Shown here: positions 9,444 through 19,009 of the stretch, one piece after another
Layout: each line of letters begins with the position of its first letter
Numbering within the stretch: position 1 is the stretch's first letter
Assembly (NCBI GenBank): GCA_045106415.1
Contig: JBGCEP010000073.1
Coordinates: forward strand, 1 to 34,283
Direction: 5' to 3'
DNA: 34,283 nt
Source of the DNA: Oligoflexales bacterium
GTDB lineage: Bacteria; Bdellovibrionota_B; Oligoflexia; Oligoflexales; Bog-1112
Program-made: the position numbers and the translations under genes
Notes under the pieces: model-generated
What the model saw: the letters and a program-made list of their open reading frames with translations, nothing else
Told to the model about the DNA's origin: nothing
Databases searched by the model: none

Positions 9444-10250
9444 TCAAGCAGGATGTTGCTTGTCTGAAGTGTCTATTTTAGCTTGAATTTTTCGCATCTG
9501 ATTTGCTTTGTCTCTGAGCTGCTGAGGTGTCATATGACGAAAAAACAAATTACTGTCACGTGCTTTTTTATCATCTTTTATAACAGCTCGCTCATCGGCG
9601 AGATGCTCAAAAGCGTCTGCTGCTTGTGCCGCTGCCTTCGAAGCTACCGATTGAAATCTGGCGAAGTTTTCAGCAACATAGAGAGAGCGGTACGCACAAG
9701 CATGCCAAACTTCTTGCTCACAGTAAAATGTTGCTGCGACGGCTTCATTCTTCGCTATTCTTTCCTCACCGGTTAAAACGAGATGACGGGCTTTCTTCGC
9801 CCACTCATTATCGGGATATTCAAGAAGCAGTAGGCTCCAAGCTTTAATTGCATGCTCGGTCAATTCCTGTTCTCTATCAACACTTTCAGGTGCTTGAGCC
9901 CAATAAGAATGACCGACTTGATAGTGTGCATACGGTGTTTTTTCGTGCCTAGGGTGTAAACTGATAAAATGTTCGAAGGATGCAGCAGCTTCTGGATAGC
10001 GCTCTAAATGAAAATTTGCATCAGCAAGCATGAGTTCTGCTTCAATGGCATATTGGCTATATGGAAATCGCGTTTTAAATTCTGCAAGAGAACTCAAAGA
10101 TAAGTCATAGTTTTCACGATCATACTCCTCGCGGGCAGCTAGAAAGGCATTTTTCGGATCTGTAGGTTTTGCATTTTCTGATTCACAACTCGTTATAATC
10201 AAAGTAAGAACGAGACAGAGTAAAGACTGGGCATTCACGATAGACTCCAT
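9444..10250 (-). CDS. bamD: Outer membrane protein assembly factor BamD (TPR lipoprotein)
   Basis: Lipobox-like IITSC; FPYSQYAIEAELMLADANF, FISLHPRHE, DREQELT, EERIAKNE, FY...AC pattern of BamD/ComL. Start uncertain (10289, 10250 or 10238). Confidence 0.85.
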   Translation of the reverse strand: MESIVNAQSLLCLVLTLIITSCESENAKPTDPKNAFLAAREEYDRENYDLSLSSLAEFKTRFPYSQYAIEAELMLADANFHLERYPEAAASFEHFISLHPRHEKTPYAHYQVGHSYWAQAPESVDREQELTEHAIKAWSLLLLEYPDNEWAKKARHLVLTGEERIAKNEAVAATFYCEQEVWHACAYRSLYVAENFARFQSVASKAAAQAADAFEHLADERAVIKDDKKARDSNLFFRHMTPQQLRDKANQMRKIQAKIDTSDKQHPA

Positions 10251-10315
10251 GTTCACGACAAATTCTTCTCTATTATTCTTGCGCCACACCGATATGTATA
10301 CCGAAAAAAGAGTTA

Positions 10316-11311
10316 GTGAGCGTTATGACAAAAAAACAACAAAAATCGAAATGGTGGCAACCTCTTAGACAGGCCTTCTCTCCCTTTGTTGTCGCTCTAT
10401 TTCTTTCCATGGGACTTCACGTTTCTACAAGGATTGGCACTCACTATCTTCCCTCGAATCAACCGAAAAAAATAGCTTCACGCCAAAAGCCTGTTCAAAT
10501 AAAGTTCACTACCGCACAGAAACCCCATAAATCAACACCTCGATCAAAAAAAATATCAGAAACTCCTCTCCCACAGACAAAGCCTCCAGATCCAGAACAA
10601 GCACGTTGGGGCAAACAAAATCACCGCACAGAAAGAGAAACTCGAGTCCGAACAACACAGACTCCGAAAGCCGCTGACGCTGTTACAAAGTCTTCTTCAA
10701 CCCAAAAATCTTCAGCCTCTCAGGTTACAGTGGCCGCAGTTCAAAAAATCTCATCTAAAAAACCCACTCCACCAAAAGCTCCAGCTCGCAAGCTGTCTAT
10801 ATCCAGCAGAACTTTGACGCAAAAAAACTCAACAGTTCAAATTCAAGCAAAACCTCACAAAAGACAAAAAAATCAAAAATATAAACCTCGAAATCCATAC
10901 GAGGCGCTTCTCAGTGGTGCTGTCGCACAGATGAACGACGTTGCACAATCTGGTTATCAAGAAGCTCTTGATAGAAAAATCGACCTCGGTGAGGCCATAG
11001 ATATAAATACTAGCCACTACCGCTACATTGGCTATTTTTCCAGCATGAGAAAAGCCATTGAAATGGTTTGGAGTTATCCACGAACAGAGGCTCAAAAAGG
11101 ACACAACGGGAACGTTGGACTTCAGTTCACGATTCGTAAAGATGGCCGAGTTCAAAAAGTTCGCGTGACTGAAAGCTCTGGGCATGCGATGCTGGACAAA
11201 GCGATCGTTCAGGCTATTCGCCAAGCTGCGCCGTTTTCACCTTTACCTGAAGGTTTTGGCAAACAAAAGCTTGTCGTCATGGGAACGTTCCGTTACGTGT
11301 TAGGATATTAG
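10316..11311 (+). CDS. TonB-family energy transducer
   Basis: N-terminal TM (SMGLH), long Lys/Pro/Ser/Thr-rich linker, TonB_C domain WSYPRTEAQKGHNGNV..FTIRKDGRV..V.ESSGHAMLDKAIVQAIRQAAPFSPLP. Confidence 0.88.
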   Translation: MSVMTKKQQKSKWWQPLRQAFSPFVVALFLSMGLHVSTRIGTHYLPSNQPKKIASRQKPVQIKFTTAQKPHKSTPRSKKISETPLPQTKPPDPEQARWGKQNHRTERETRVRTTQTPKAADAVTKSSSTQKSSASQVTVAAVQKISSKKPTPPKAPARKLSISSRTLTQKNSTVQIQAKPHKRQKNQKYKPRNPYEALLSGAVAQMNDVAQSGYQEALDRKIDLGEAIDINTSHYRYIGYFSSMRKAIEMVWSYPRTEAQKGHNGNVGLQFTIRKDGRVQKVRVTESSGHAMLDKAIVQAIRQAAPFSPLPEGFGKQKLVVMGTFRYVLGY

Positions 11312-11351
11312 CACTAACTATAGATCCAAATTCTAAAAACGGAGGGCAAGG

Positions 11352-12566
11352 ATGCTCCGCTGGCTATACCTTTGTCTTATCACAGTGCCACTCATCAACT
11401 GTGCGACACAATATTCATCACAAATACCCTCTTCTCGGCCTCTATCGACTCGCTTGATACTCGAGCCACCATCCACTGCAGCCGTAGACGAGGTGACGGT
11501 AGAAGAGGAAACTGATGCTTTGCTCGATGTCTTTAATCTCAGATTTGATGACCAAAGGGACAATGAAGCCATCCCTCTCGATGATGATCAACCTCGAGTC
11601 CAAAAATGGTTGAAGTATTATACAACACGCGGTCGCAAGACGTTTGAGCGCTGGCTTGCACGTGGCCTCGCCCTTAGAAATATCGTTGTCCCTCTGTTAC
11701 AAGAAGAAGGTCTCCCTGAGGAGTTAATGTACCTTGCTATGGTCGAATCTGGGTTTAACACTTCTGCGCTGTCATCAGCACGTGCTTGTGGAGTTTGGCA
11801 GTTTATGCCTGCGACAGGAAGAATGTACGGCCTTAACATCAACTACTGGGTTGACGAACGTCGTGACCCAGCCAAAGCCACCATTGCCGCAGCTCGTTAT
11901 TTAAAAGATCTTCACGCTCGCTTTGGTGATTGGTATCTGGCGTTTGCCGCATACAATGCGGGGCCCGGATCCATGCGTCGCGCAATTCGTCGCAGTAAAA
12001 GCCGAGACTACTGGCGTATTAGTAAAACGCGTTATCTCAAAGCAGAAACTAGAAATTACGTCCCTAAAATCCTAGCAGCTATGATTATCGGCCGAAACCC
12101 AGAAGAGTACGGTTTTGAAACCGCATCCATCCAAGTGACAGACTTTCCAAAGGCAAGCATTCAAGTCACCCGCCCCATTAAACTTGAAGAACTTGCTGGG
12201 CGGATGAAGATCTCTCTAGCTGAACTTAAACACTGGAACCCTGAACTCTTACGCGGCATCACACCACCTCTGCATCGTAATAAAGCAAAGCACTATCCAT
12301 TTCGCATCCCTCTGCACCACACTGAAGAGTTCCACTCTGTAGAGCCAACCCTCAGCCAACTTGAAATTCGAGATGTCCGTATGCACAAGATTCGCAGAGG
12401 AGACACTCTCATTGCCATAGCACGCAGATACGGTGTCTCTCTTCGTAAATTAAAAGAATACAATCGTGGACTTTCAGCCAAGAGACTTCGAATTGGCAAA
12501 AAATTAGCTGTTCCTATTCCTGCCGTTGCGGTGATCCCTCGTAAGAAAAATTCAAAAATGAGTTGA
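11352..12566 (+). CDS. mltD: Membrane-bound lytic murein transglycosylase D-like (SLT + LysM)
   Basis: Lipoprotein signal (LINC), catalytic LAMVESGF, GVWQFMPATG, DERRD, AAYNAG, ETRNYVPK, C-terminal LysM HKIRRGDTLIAIARRYGVS. Confidence 0.9.
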   Translation: MLRWLYLCLITVPLINCATQYSSQIPSSRPLSTRLILEPPSTAAVDEVTVEEETDALLDVFNLRFDDQRDNEAIPLDDDQPRVQKWLKYYTTRGRKTFERWLARGLALRNIVVPLLQEEGLPEELMYLAMVESGFNTSALSSARACGVWQFMPATGRMYGLNINYWVDERRDPAKATIAAARYLKDLHARFGDWYLAFAAYNAGPGSMRRAIRRSKSRDYWRISKTRYLKAETRNYVPKILAAMIIGRNPEEYGFETASIQVTDFPKASIQVTRPIKLEELAGRMKISLAELKHWNPELLRGITPPLHRNKAKHYPFRIPLHHTEEFHSVEPTLSQLEIRDVRMHKIRRGDTLIAIARRYGVSLRKLKEYNRGLSAKRLRIGKKLAVPIPAVAVIPRKKNSKMS

Positions 12567-12592
12567 CGGATTTTTTCAAAGATTTATAGAGT
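12563..12592 (+). promoter_or_regulatory. Possible sigma-70 promoter for the small downstream gene
   Basis: TTGACG-N18-TAGAGT, ~28 nt before ATG 12621. Confidence 0.4.
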
Positions 12593-12620
12593 AGGTGTCT
12601 CTCTGAAAAAAGGACACATC

Positions 12621-12839
12621 ATGACAGGTTTTATGACACTTATTTTATCAATAGCAGCACTTTTTGAAAGCAACCCTGTTGAGCAAAAAAAGAAATTTGA
12701 AAGAATTTGGGCCATGAATGGCTGCTATTCCCAAGAAGTCTCTCTTGAAAAGATCGCCTACCAAAACCTATCTTCCTCTGAAGAGTCTGACTGTGAAGAG
12801 GAAGAAGAACTCAAAGCATTACTAAAAAAGAAACAGTAA
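12621..12839 (+). CDS. Small hypothetical protein with hydrophobic N-terminus and acidic/basic tail
   Basis: AAGGA RBS, candidate promoter, signal-like N-terminus; no recognisable family. Confidence 0.55.
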   Translation: MTGFMTLILSIAALFESNPVEQKKKFERIWAMNGCYSQEVSLEKIAYQNLSSSEESDCEEEEELKALLKKKQ

Positions 12840-12841
12840 AA

Positions 12842-12865
12842 CAATAGAACCAATAGAACCAATAG
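12842..12865. repeat. 9-bp tandem repeat (CAATAGAAC x~2.7)
   Basis: CAATAGAAC CAATAGAAC CAATAG directly after the stop of the small gene. Confidence 0.7.
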
Positions 12866-12905
12866 CTTATATGAACACTCTCAGTTGGGTGCAGGCCACT
12901 CAACA

Positions 12906-13580
12906 TCAAGAATGATGAGCATGACACGCAGCACCGTCATCATGGCGATCAAATGCAATATGAAGGAGTGCGCCTGCGACAACAGCCTCTACCCCAGCAG
13001 CCCATGGCTCATGGCTCAAAAACCAGTATTGACCAACAAAGTAGCCCACAACTGTTGAAATACCAATCGCAGACAAATAAATCAACGGCTGCCTTACGCC
13101 GTGGTTTGGGTAAAAGACACCCCAAATCATCAGCCCTACAGGTAAGCGGTGCAGTAAAATCGCCAGTGGTAAAGAATGTGAGTGGCTATGACTATGTGCA
13201 TGACCATGAGCGTGGTGCGCAAGAGGAGTCGCCAAACCGGCTCCATCCATCAGCCCATGCCCAGCAAGGCCAATGACCATCAGCCACACAGGAACAGCAT
13301 GAATCGCCCACTTTTCGGAAGTCCACAACCTTTCCAGTGAGCTCGGAACCACTAAACCACATAGAGCAAGAAAAGGAGCGTACCAACCAATGACATGAAA
13401 GCTCTCAGGCAGAATGTGCAATACAATCAGAGCAGCCACTGCAAAAATAAGGCTACGATTCGTAAGAAGGCGAATTTTCTGATTTTTAGCAAAAAAACGA
13501 TGCAATAGTGGTGCTGTAAAAAGAGGAACAAGACTGAGTAAAAGTAAAAACATAGCAACCTGCATACTGTTGGGTTTCAT
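12906..13580 (-). CDS. ZIP-family-like metal transporter
   Basis: LHILPES, GHGLMDG, His-rich loop HHAHGHAHSHSHSHS, AILLHRLPVG, AGALLHI; multiple TM helices. Confidence 0.7.
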   Translation of the reverse strand: MKPNSMQVAMFLLLLSLVPLFTAPLLHRFFAKNQKIRLLTNRSLIFAVAALIVLHILPESFHVIGWYAPFLALCGLVVPSSLERLWTSEKWAIHAVPVWLMVIGLAGHGLMDGAGLATPLAHHAHGHAHSHSHSHSLPLAILLHRLPVGLMIWGVFYPNHGVRQPLIYLSAIGISTVVGYFVGQYWFLSHEPWAAGVEAVVAGALLHIAFDRHDDGAACHAHHS

Positions 13581-13944
13581 CCAAGGTCAAACTTCGAGAC
13601 CAAAGCACTACATATCACTTCGCAAAGTTTTTTTATAGAAATATCCTTAAATTTATTTTTTTTAAAAAAAAACAAATTGTTACAATAAAAACTATCACAT
13701 ACAGTTGCTTCACAAAGATTTTGATACCTGAGCAAACTCAAACACCACGAGAGTGGTGAATAATAAAAAAAAGCTAGAAAAATCAGTATTTTTGTCACTG
13801 GTTCATCTTTTAATGCACAATGTTCAATTGCAGCACTTTTCTTCATCCTACATTCTTACGCCATTCAACACCTGAAAAGATCAGGCTCTGCCATATCAAC
13901 CCTAGCTATGGCACACTGACTACATCAGACAATGGAGGTTCTTT

Positions 13945-15123
13945 ATGGCTGCATACCCTGAAGGGGTGATTCAAAATCGTTATTTCTACCCAGGTCCGGT
14001 TGATATTGATCTCACCACCCATTTAAGCGCGCTTACAGGTCCTTCACATCATAGAAGTCCTGACTTCATAACTTTATTTCAAGAAACTAGACTTCTTTTA
14101 CAAGAAGTTTTCGGAAGTGAGCAAGCTCCATTGATTTTAACTTCTAGCGGCACAGGAGCCATGGAAAGCCTTATGCGTTCTGTGACTTCGAGCAACGACT
14201 CTATTGTTGTCATCGATGCCGGAAAATTTGGCCAAAGGTGGGCTATCATCGGAGAAAAGCTCAAGCGAGCAACACATCTCATCAAGGTCCCATGGGGAGA
14301 GGTTCCAGAAGAGTGTTTTCTCGAAGGCCGTATCCCTTCAAAGACTCGAGCTGTTTTTTTTCAGGCTACAGAAACTTCGACGGGGTTAAGGCTTCCTCTT
14401 GAACACATGATTGCCTCAATAAAGCTTCAAGCTCCTGACGCCCTCATTTGTGTCGATGCTGTTTCAGCGGCCATTGCTGAACCTCTTCACATGGCATGCT
14501 GGGGGGTTGACGGCATGATATCAGGGAGTCAAAAAGGATTTGGCGCTCCTGCAGGTTTAAGCTTCTTAGCTCTTTCTCCAAGAGCTTGGAGCGTTGCAGA
14601 AAAGCAAAAATCAGATAGTTTTTATTTTGATATGGTCCAAGAAAGAAAAGCTCAAGAGCAAGGCTCAGGAAACTGGACAACAGCCACAACCTTAGTATGC
14701 CAACTTCATACGGCACTCAGCGCAATGAAAAACATTGGTTTTCAAAATATTCATCAACATCATGAAGAAATGATGGAAATAACACGGAGTGTCTTATGTG
14801 AATTAGATTTACAGCTCACTATTTCCTCTCAAAGTCACGCGGCTCGTTCTGTTACATCTTTTCAAATTCCAAAAAATTCACAACTTCAAAAACGCTGTCA
14901 ATATTGGGGTGTGCACCTTGCATCAGGACAAGGAACATTAAAAGGGAGCATTCTACGATTAGCACACCTTGGTCTCACAGACCCTTGGAAAATACTTACA
15001 GCGCTGCAAGTTATAGAACTTTCTCTTTATCAAGAAAATTTGATTTCCACCCTAGGAAAAGCCAATAAGGTGGGGATGCAAACGATTTTAAAACATAACG
15101 CTGCACGATTTGAAGATCAGTGA
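13945..15123 (+). CDS. Class V PLP aminotransferase (alanine-glyoxylate/serine-pyruvate family)
   Basis: PGPV, HHRS.DF, SSGTGAME, GKFGQRW, ETSTG, VDAVS, PLP-lysine GSQKG; GGAGG RBS. Confidence 0.92.
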   Translation: MAAYPEGVIQNRYFYPGPVDIDLTTHLSALTGPSHHRSPDFITLFQETRLLLQEVFGSEQAPLILTSSGTGAMESLMRSVTSSNDSIVVIDAGKFGQRWAIIGEKLKRATHLIKVPWGEVPEECFLEGRIPSKTRAVFFQATETSTGLRLPLEHMIASIKLQAPDALICVDAVSAAIAEPLHMACWGVDGMISGSQKGFGAPAGLSFLALSPRAWSVAEKQKSDSFYFDMVQERKAQEQGSGNWTTATTLVCQLHTALSAMKNIGFQNIHQHHEEMMEITRSVLCELDLQLTISSQSHAARSVTSFQIPKNSQLQKRCQYWGVHLASGQGTLKGSILRLAHLGLTDPWKILTALQVIELSLYQENLISTLGKANKVGMQTILKHNAARFEDQ

Positions 15124-15220
15124 TAATGTATTTTCAATAGAAAACAAAGAGTGGCATTCACTCAACTACACAACGTGACAGTCAGAGAAGAGAACCTATA
15201 AATGCAGAAGGAGGCGAAGC

Positions 15221-16012
15221 TTGAAAATTCTCGTCTTAATCAAACAAACTCCAGAAACGGATGCAAAAATCACCCCAACGTCTGGGGGTGATGCCATTGA
15301 CACTTCAAGCTTGAAGTTTATCGTAAACCCTTATGATGAATATGCAATTGAAGAAGCACTGAAAATAAAACAAGATGCCGGTTCAGGCGAAGTCATTGTT
15401 GTTACACTGGGTCCAGACAGTGTCAAAGAACGCTTACTCAAGCCGCTCGCAATGGGTGCTGACCGTGGCATTTTGATTAACGACGACGGACTTAAAAATG
15501 CAGATTCTTTTGTTATCAGCCAAGTTTTATCAAAGGCTATTGAGCAAGAAGCCCCTGATCTTGTTCTTTGTGGACAGCAAGGGATTGATGGAAATGACAT
15601 GCATATCCCACCCATGGTTGCTGAAAACTTAAATTGGCCTCATGTCAACGTCGTTTGCCAGTTAAAGGTAGATGGAAAACAACTCGAACTGCATCGTGAA
15701 GTCGACAGTGGACAAACAGAAGTGTATCAAGTTCAACTTCCTGCTGTCGTTGGAGCGTCCAAAGCTCTCAATTCACCAAGATACGCCTCTGTCCCAGGAA
15801 TCATGAAAGCACGTAAAAAACCTCTTGATCGTAAAACAGTTGAAGATCTTGGCCTCAATGTCGCCGATCTTAAAGGTCAAACCCAAGCGGTCATCAAAAC
15901 TTACATGTCACCTCCTGAGAAACCTGAAGGACGACTTTTCCAAGGCGAAGACACTGCGAGTATGGTGTCTCAAGTTGTTCAACTTCTTCGTGATGAAGCA
16001 AAAGTGCTGTAA
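15221..16012 (+). CDS. etfB: Electron transfer flavoprotein beta subunit
   Basis: MKILVLIKQTP, NPYDEYAIEEAL, LAMGAD, PRYASVPGIMKARKKP, EAKVL end; TTG start with GGAGG RBS. Confidence 0.96.
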   Translation: MKILVLIKQTPETDAKITPTSGGDAIDTSSLKFIVNPYDEYAIEEALKIKQDAGSGEVIVVTLGPDSVKERLLKPLAMGADRGILINDDGLKNADSFVISQVLSKAIEQEAPDLVLCGQQGIDGNDMHIPPMVAENLNWPHVNVVCQLKVDGKQLELHREVDSGQTEVYQVQLPAVVGASKALNSPRYASVPGIMKARKKPLDRKTVEDLGLNVADLKGQTQAVIKTYMSPPEKPEGRLFQGEDTASMVSQVVQLLRDEAKVL

Positions 16013-16024
16013 AAGGAGTCTTTT

Positions 16025-16978
16025 ATGAAAATACTAGTTTTTATCGAACAGCGTGACGGGCACATCAAAGCAGCTTCATTAGAAGGGCTGTCCAAAGCTA
16101 TTGAACTCAGCTCTGCAGATCAAGTTCGCGCTATCGTCGTAGGCGCAAAGTCTGAACAGTGCACTGAAGCCCTCCAAAACCATGGAGCTAGCCACATCTA
16201 CATGGCTGATGACGCTCAACACATTCACTACAATGTTGAAACCTGGTCAGCCACTGTTCAGCATGCTTTAAATGACTTTGAACCAGAGCTTGTTCTGGGG
16301 ATGGCAACTCCTATGGGTCGAGATCTTTTTCCTCGCCTTGCAGCTCGTGACAAGACTGCAATCATCACTGACTTGATTGAGTTTGACGGCTCTGAAGGGG
16401 TCAAACCGATGTATGCAGGAAAAGTCTTAGCAAAGGTTGGTTTCGAAGGAAATGGCCGACGTTATGTCACGCTGCGCCCAAATGTGTTTTCAACAATAGA
16501 AAAAGCTTCGACAGCGCAGATCACAAAAATCGATATGCCAGCTGCTTCAACACGCCTTATCACTAAGAATGTTCTTAAAGGAGAGTCTGAGCAACTCGAC
16601 TTAACAGAGGCATCGCGTATTATTTCAGGTGGGCGAGCTATGGGGAATAAAGAAAATTTTTCTATTCTTCACGATTGCGCAAAAACAATAAACGCGACCG
16701 TCGGAGCATCCCGTGCTGCAGTGGACTCAGGCTATGCAACACACGATCAGCAAGTTGGACAGACAGGAAAAACTGTCAACCCAGCTCTCTACATTGCTTG
16801 TGGTATCAGTGGCTCTATTCAACATATGGCAGGAATGAGAACGTCACAAGTCATCATAGCCATTAACAATGACCCTGAAGCGCCTATTTTTAAAGTTGCT
16901 ACCTATGGGATTGTTGCAGACTTATTTGAAGCTGTTCCAGTTCTAACGAAAGCATTGTCTGAACTGAATCTTGCTTAA
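16025..16978 (+). CDS. etfA: Electron transfer flavoprotein alpha subunit
   Basis: ISGGRAMG, GASRAAVDSG, QVGQTGK, GISGSIQHMAGM, AINND.EAPIF. Confidence 0.96.
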   Translation: MKILVFIEQRDGHIKAASLEGLSKAIELSSADQVRAIVVGAKSEQCTEALQNHGASHIYMADDAQHIHYNVETWSATVQHALNDFEPELVLGMATPMGRDLFPRLAARDKTAIITDLIEFDGSEGVKPMYAGKVLAKVGFEGNGRRYVTLRPNVFSTIEKASTAQITKIDMPAASTRLITKNVLKGESEQLDLTEASRIISGGRAMGNKENFSILHDCAKTINATVGASRAAVDSGYATHDQQVGQTGKTVNPALYIACGISGSIQHMAGMRTSQVIIAINNDPEAPIFKVATYGIVADLFEAVPVLTKALSELNLA

Positions 16979-18677
16979 TGCGCCCTTCTTGCAGTTCAAT
17001 AACATAGTCTGCAAGCGCTAAAGTTTGTTCTCTATGAGCCACCATAATAATGGTGGCTCCTTTTTTTACAAAACGAGTAAATGCATCTGCCACATGTTTT
17101 TCTGTCACAGGGTCTAAAGCTGAAGTTCCTTCATCAATCAACAAACACTGATATTGATGGAACCACAAACGAGCTAATAAAACTCTTTGACTTTCCCCAC
17201 CTGATAAATTTTGACTTGAAACATACGCTTTCAGTGGAAGCCCTACTTCTTCAAGAGCTTCTTGCACTCGACCTAAATCTTTTTGATGAAACTCTAAGGG
17301 CCAACAAACATTGTCAGCAACACTTCCATGAAAAAGATGAATATCCTGAGGCAAATAACCAATAGAGCCTTGCTTTATGATCCTTTGACAAGGCTCTAAC
17401 CCTAAAATCATTCGCATAAGCGTTGATTTCCCAGCTCCAGATGGACCTTTAATGCATGTAATTTTACCTTTCGGGAATGCCACCGAAACAGCTTCCAGAG
17501 CAAGAGCATCTTGAGACGGATAATGAAAACGATCTGTCTTTACAACTAAAGCAAAATCCTTCAGTTCGTCACAAGAAGAAAGCTCAAGAGACTCACCCTG
17601 TAATGACTGTAAATGTTGGTATAAATCACCAATCCTTTGCTCACAAGCTGAACCTTCTCGGTACGATGTGTAATAACGACTAAGCCTTAAAACACATTGA
17701 GACATAAGAACTAAAGATGCAAAAAAAGAGCTTGCAGTTGCTCCAGAAAGACTTCCAGCCTCCATTTGTCGAAGAGCCACCACTAAAGTCATACTTAACG
17801 CAACAACTCCACAAAGCTCTAATAATGGACTGATTCTTGCGCGAACACGGGCAGCTTTTAAAAATTCCTGCAAAACTTTTTTATTTTGCATTTCCATATT
17901 TTCAACTTCAAAGCACTCCGATCGATAATGCTTAATTGTCTCAATTCCCAAAAGTCGAGCTTGCAGCCATTCTGACAAATCACTGTAGTCTGACAAAGCT
18001 GTTTTTGTTTTTTTCTTTAATTTTTTACCAACACGATGCAAAGCAGCTACTGCAGGTCCTAATAAAAGAAAAAACCATGAAAACAGAACAGGTGAAAGTT
18101 CCCAAAGTGCGATCATTAAGAAAATAATTTGGAAAATCTCTCGTGGAATTCCCCCATAAAATTTCGCATATAATTCTTTTAAAACTTGAATCTCATAAGC
18201 AATGAAAGAAGATAATTGAGGAAGAGGATGTTCTGATTTTTTATGACTTTGCGTCGAACTAAAAAGATATTTTTCAACAATGTGTAACCGTAAATCTCGT
18301 ATCGATTTTTCAGCAGAGCACTCAATAACATACCACTGAGTAATACTTGTCACCATGCGAAAACCAGCAACACTCATGAGTAGCGAAGGAAGCCATGAAA
18401 GTAAGACATCCGGACTCACAGTATCTGCTGTATATATTATTTGAACAAAGTAAAGAACATGGCCTGCGAGAAGGTCTGAAACTAAAATCGGGCTATTTTG
18501 TTCTGGGTGCATCAAAATTTGTAGAGCCGGACCAATCAACACACCCAGAAGACCTGTGACTCCACCAAGTAATATTGAAAATAAAATACCAATAAAAAAA
18601 CCATAGCGGTAACGCCAGAAGAAACTTTGGATCCAACTCCTGTGCAGGTTGTTTCTATTTTTTTTCTGATGGTTCAC
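16899..18677 (-). CDS. MsbA-like ABC exporter (fused TMD + NBD)
   Basis: N-terminal TM domain; Walker A GPSGAGKST, Q-loop YLPQD, LSGGESQR, Walker B LLIDEGTSALD, VAHR. Confidence 0.9.
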   Translation of the reverse strand: MNHQKKNRNNLHRSWIQSFFWRYRYGFFIGILFSILLGGVTGLLGVLIGPALQILMHPEQNSPILVSDLLAGHVLYFVQIIYTADTVSPDVLLSWLPSLLMSVAGFRMVTSITQWYVIECSAEKSIRDLRLHIVEKYLFSSTQSHKKSEHPLPQLSSFIAYEIQVLKELYAKFYGGIPREIFQIIFLMIALWELSPVLFSWFFLLLGPAVAALHRVGKKLKKKTKTALSDYSDLSEWLQARLLGIETIKHYRSECFEVENMEMQNKKVLQEFLKAARVRARISPLLELCGVVALSMTLVVALRQMEAGSLSGATASSFFASLVLMSQCVLRLSRYYTSYREGSACEQRIGDLYQHLQSLQGESLELSSCDELKDFALVVKTDRFHYPSQDALALEAVSVAFPKGKITCIKGPSGAGKSTLMRMILGLEPCQRIIKQGSIGYLPQDIHLFHGSVADNVCWPLEFHQKDLGRVQEALEEVGLPLKAYVSSQNLSGGESQRVLLARLWFHQYQCLLIDEGTSALDPVTEKHVADAFTRFVKKGATIIMVAHREQTLALADYVIELQEGRIKQDSVQTMLSLELEQLQISLQQSHR

Positions 18678-18697
18678 TCATTTCAGCCTGTATTAGA

Positions 18698-18925
18698 TTA
18701 TAAACATAATTCCTTATACGTCGGGAGCTCTCCATTCATAGAAAAATAAAGATCCCCATCACGCTTACGGAACGTCCCTAAAAACATGATTTTTCTTAAA
18801 ACAAATCGAGAGTAAAAGCGACCCAAGACATTTCTCGTACAGCTTGATAACAAGCTGAAGATGGCACTGTTTTTTATAACCAATTTGCTCACATCATAAT
18901 CACTGTAATATTCGGTTAAAAGCAT
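18698..18925 (-). CDS. Hypothetical 75-aa ORF or gene remnant
   Basis: Fills the gap between two co-oriented genes; no motif recognised. Confidence 0.3.
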   Translation of the reverse strand: MLLTEYYSDYDVSKLVIKNSAIFSLLSSCTRNVLGRFYSRFVLRKIMFLGTFRKRDGDLYFSMNGELPTYKELCL

Positions 18926-19009
18926 ACCTTTTTCAAGACATTCTTCCTTTCTAGTAAGGAGCCTAATCCAAAGCTTTCATATAGGATAAAAACGTCTTTT
19001 ACAGAAACA

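Noticed and set aside
13577..13846. 89-aa ORF upstream of the ZIP-like gene, and a Zur-like box near 13675-13695
   Set aside because: The ORF crosses poly-A/T promoter-like DNA with no motif; the box matches only one half-site.
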